The position numbers and the translations under genes were made by a program. The notes under the pieces were generated by a model that worked only from the letters and a program-made list of their open reading frames with translations, was not told where the DNA came from and made no database searches. From Tubulanus polymorphus (taxonomy: Eukaryota > Animalia > Nemertea), in contig NC_134026.1 in the NCBI RefSeq assembly GCF_964204645.1, positions 29,794,150-29,858,149 on the forward strand: a DNA stretch of 64,000 nucleotides. Reading direction: 5' to 3'. The number at the start of each line of letters is the position of its first letter. Position 1 is the stretch's first letter. This document shows positions 62,381 through 64,000 of the stretch, one piece after another.

Positions 62381-64000
62381 TTAAAAACTTTCATCAAAGA
62401 ATTCCTCCATCAGTTCAAAATTACCGAAATCCTGCGCAGGATCCTGAAACAGTGATCATTTTTATGAGTACAAAATCTGTACAAACTTATTTTGCAATGT
62501 ATCATTAGTCTGTCTCTTAGCCCTGTAGTTATTAAAGAGCAGAAAAGTTCAAGCTACAGTATTTCAATCATTATTTTACCTGTGTTGAATTTTTGCTATT
62601 TGATGCATTTATAGAAACTGTATTTTGCCTTTGATTGGATGTATTCAAACCTGAAACCTATCGAAATTGATTTTGTACATTATTTCATGACATAATAAAA
62701 TGTCGATATTATTTTCTATGTATTAGTTGATTAATACCTGATATGAAGTAAATGCTGGTTGAGGTTTTACTGATTGAGTGGAAGCCGCCTGAGTTTGCCA
62801 CGATTTTCTCTGCATTCTTTGTAATTCTTGCCACAGTTGATTACACTGCGTTTGCTTACTGGGAATGTTGTATGATTCAATCTCTGCTCGAAGCCTAGTA
62901 TCCGACACATCACAAACAATTCCTTCATCATTTTGTCCATTTATTTCACTCGGATCATGACCTACAGGGTTCTTACAGAGCAGGGAATTCTGCTGGGAAA
63001 TTCAGTCATTTCAAGGAATTCCAGTCTGATGTAATGAAAATCAGGGAATTTTTGGTGTCCTGTTTAAATCCTGCTTGAGTGACACAAGGAACCTCTTGAA
63101 AAGAACTGAGGAAATTATTCAATCAGGCCTAGGAATTTTTGCTCTAGGGTCGGAAAATCAGAGGATTTCAGATTTCCAGATCTATAAGAACCCTGGACCT
63201 AAATTAATATCCTACCTGACAAATTCAGAATCTGTTTGTGGTAATTGATCCAGTTTTTCTTTTTCTTTCTGGAAGTCAATTGTTGAGCTCATAATATCAT
63301 GTAACTGTTGTCTTGATTCTAAAAAAAAATCACCTCATATCTTCAATCAACGCCTTCGACCCCATTTTACGTTGATACTACAACCAGATTGAAAGGATGA
63401 ATTAAGAAATTTCAGTTTATCGACAAAACGAACCTTTCACTCGATTTTGTAGAGTTTTTAAATTATTCTGTGCTTGATTTCTCTGCTGTTGAAGATGAAT
63501 GATCGTTTCTTTTCGAGATTGAATTACAGCTAATTCACCTTCAAGAAAATTAAAGATAACCTAGAATGAAATTAAAGCCTCCAGAAAAACCAAATAATTT
63601 ATTACCTTTTTTCATATTTTTAATCTGTTGTTTGAGATTTTCTATTTGTTCACGTTTTTTATTCTGTCTCTCGGATTTACTATCTTGTGTCAAGCTGAAT
63701 TCATCGGTAAAATTCGAACATTTCCGACATAGTTTTTCCTGTTGGGATGTTATATCGACTTTAATTTTAGCCTATAAAATGTAACAGCACATTTTTCAAA
63801 ATTGTTCATGAGCAATTCCTAATAAGAAAAGAGATATTTGAATTTCATTTACAAAGTTATTTAGTTTATTTCTTATGAATAAATCTTGTTTGAAAATAAT
63901 TTAAAAAATACATTGTTTTACCACTTCAGATTTGTAAGCATGAATTTCTTTTTTCACTAATTCACATTTATCAGTCAGAATTTCTTCTTTTCCACTGATG
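62381..64000 (-). CDS. CCDC172: Coiled-coil protein, CCDC172-like; 3' exons only
   Basis: Spliced exons read QQEKLCRKCSNFTDEFSLT...KEKEKLDQLPQTDSEFVRLRAEIESY...LWQELQRMQRK, resembling recalled CCDC172 [22 protein letters not shown]; putative stop at 62381. Confidence 0.6.
62965..63195. mobile_element. hAT-like MITE in CCDC172-like intron
   Basis: CAGGGTTCTTACAGA ... TCTATAAGAACCCTG TIRs; GACCTA repeated on both flanks. Confidence 0.7.

Overview
Gene-dense, AT-rich animal genomic DNA with short spliceosomal introns, most consistent with a lophotrochozoan-type marine invertebrate (inference; species not determinable here). Gene order: SLC5A/SGLT-type Na+/sugar cotransporter (-, runs off the left edge), CACUL1 (+), full-length huntingtin (-), two tandem intronless rhodopsin-class GPCRs (-), a secreted amidase PGRP (+), VPS29 (-), RAD9 (+), a TUT4/7 terminal uridylyltransferase (-), PPTC7 (+), BRF2 (+) and the 3' part of a CCDC172-like gene (-). 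Introns carry several MITE families and tRNA-derived SINEs. Most notable: (1) a tandemly duplicated, frame-enforced mutually exclusive exon pair in the SGLT gene that swaps an extracellular loop and a sugar-binding helix; (2) huntingtin with a vertebrate-like N17 followed by a single Gln, plus a U12-type last intron; (3) a beta-defensin-like Cys domain fused to a catalytic PGRP; (4) VPS29/RAD9/PPTC7 microsynteny matching human 12q24; (5) a 250-bp-arm near-perfect inverted repeat upstream of BRF2. Exon boundaries were read by eye and homology calls come from recalled motifs, not database searches.
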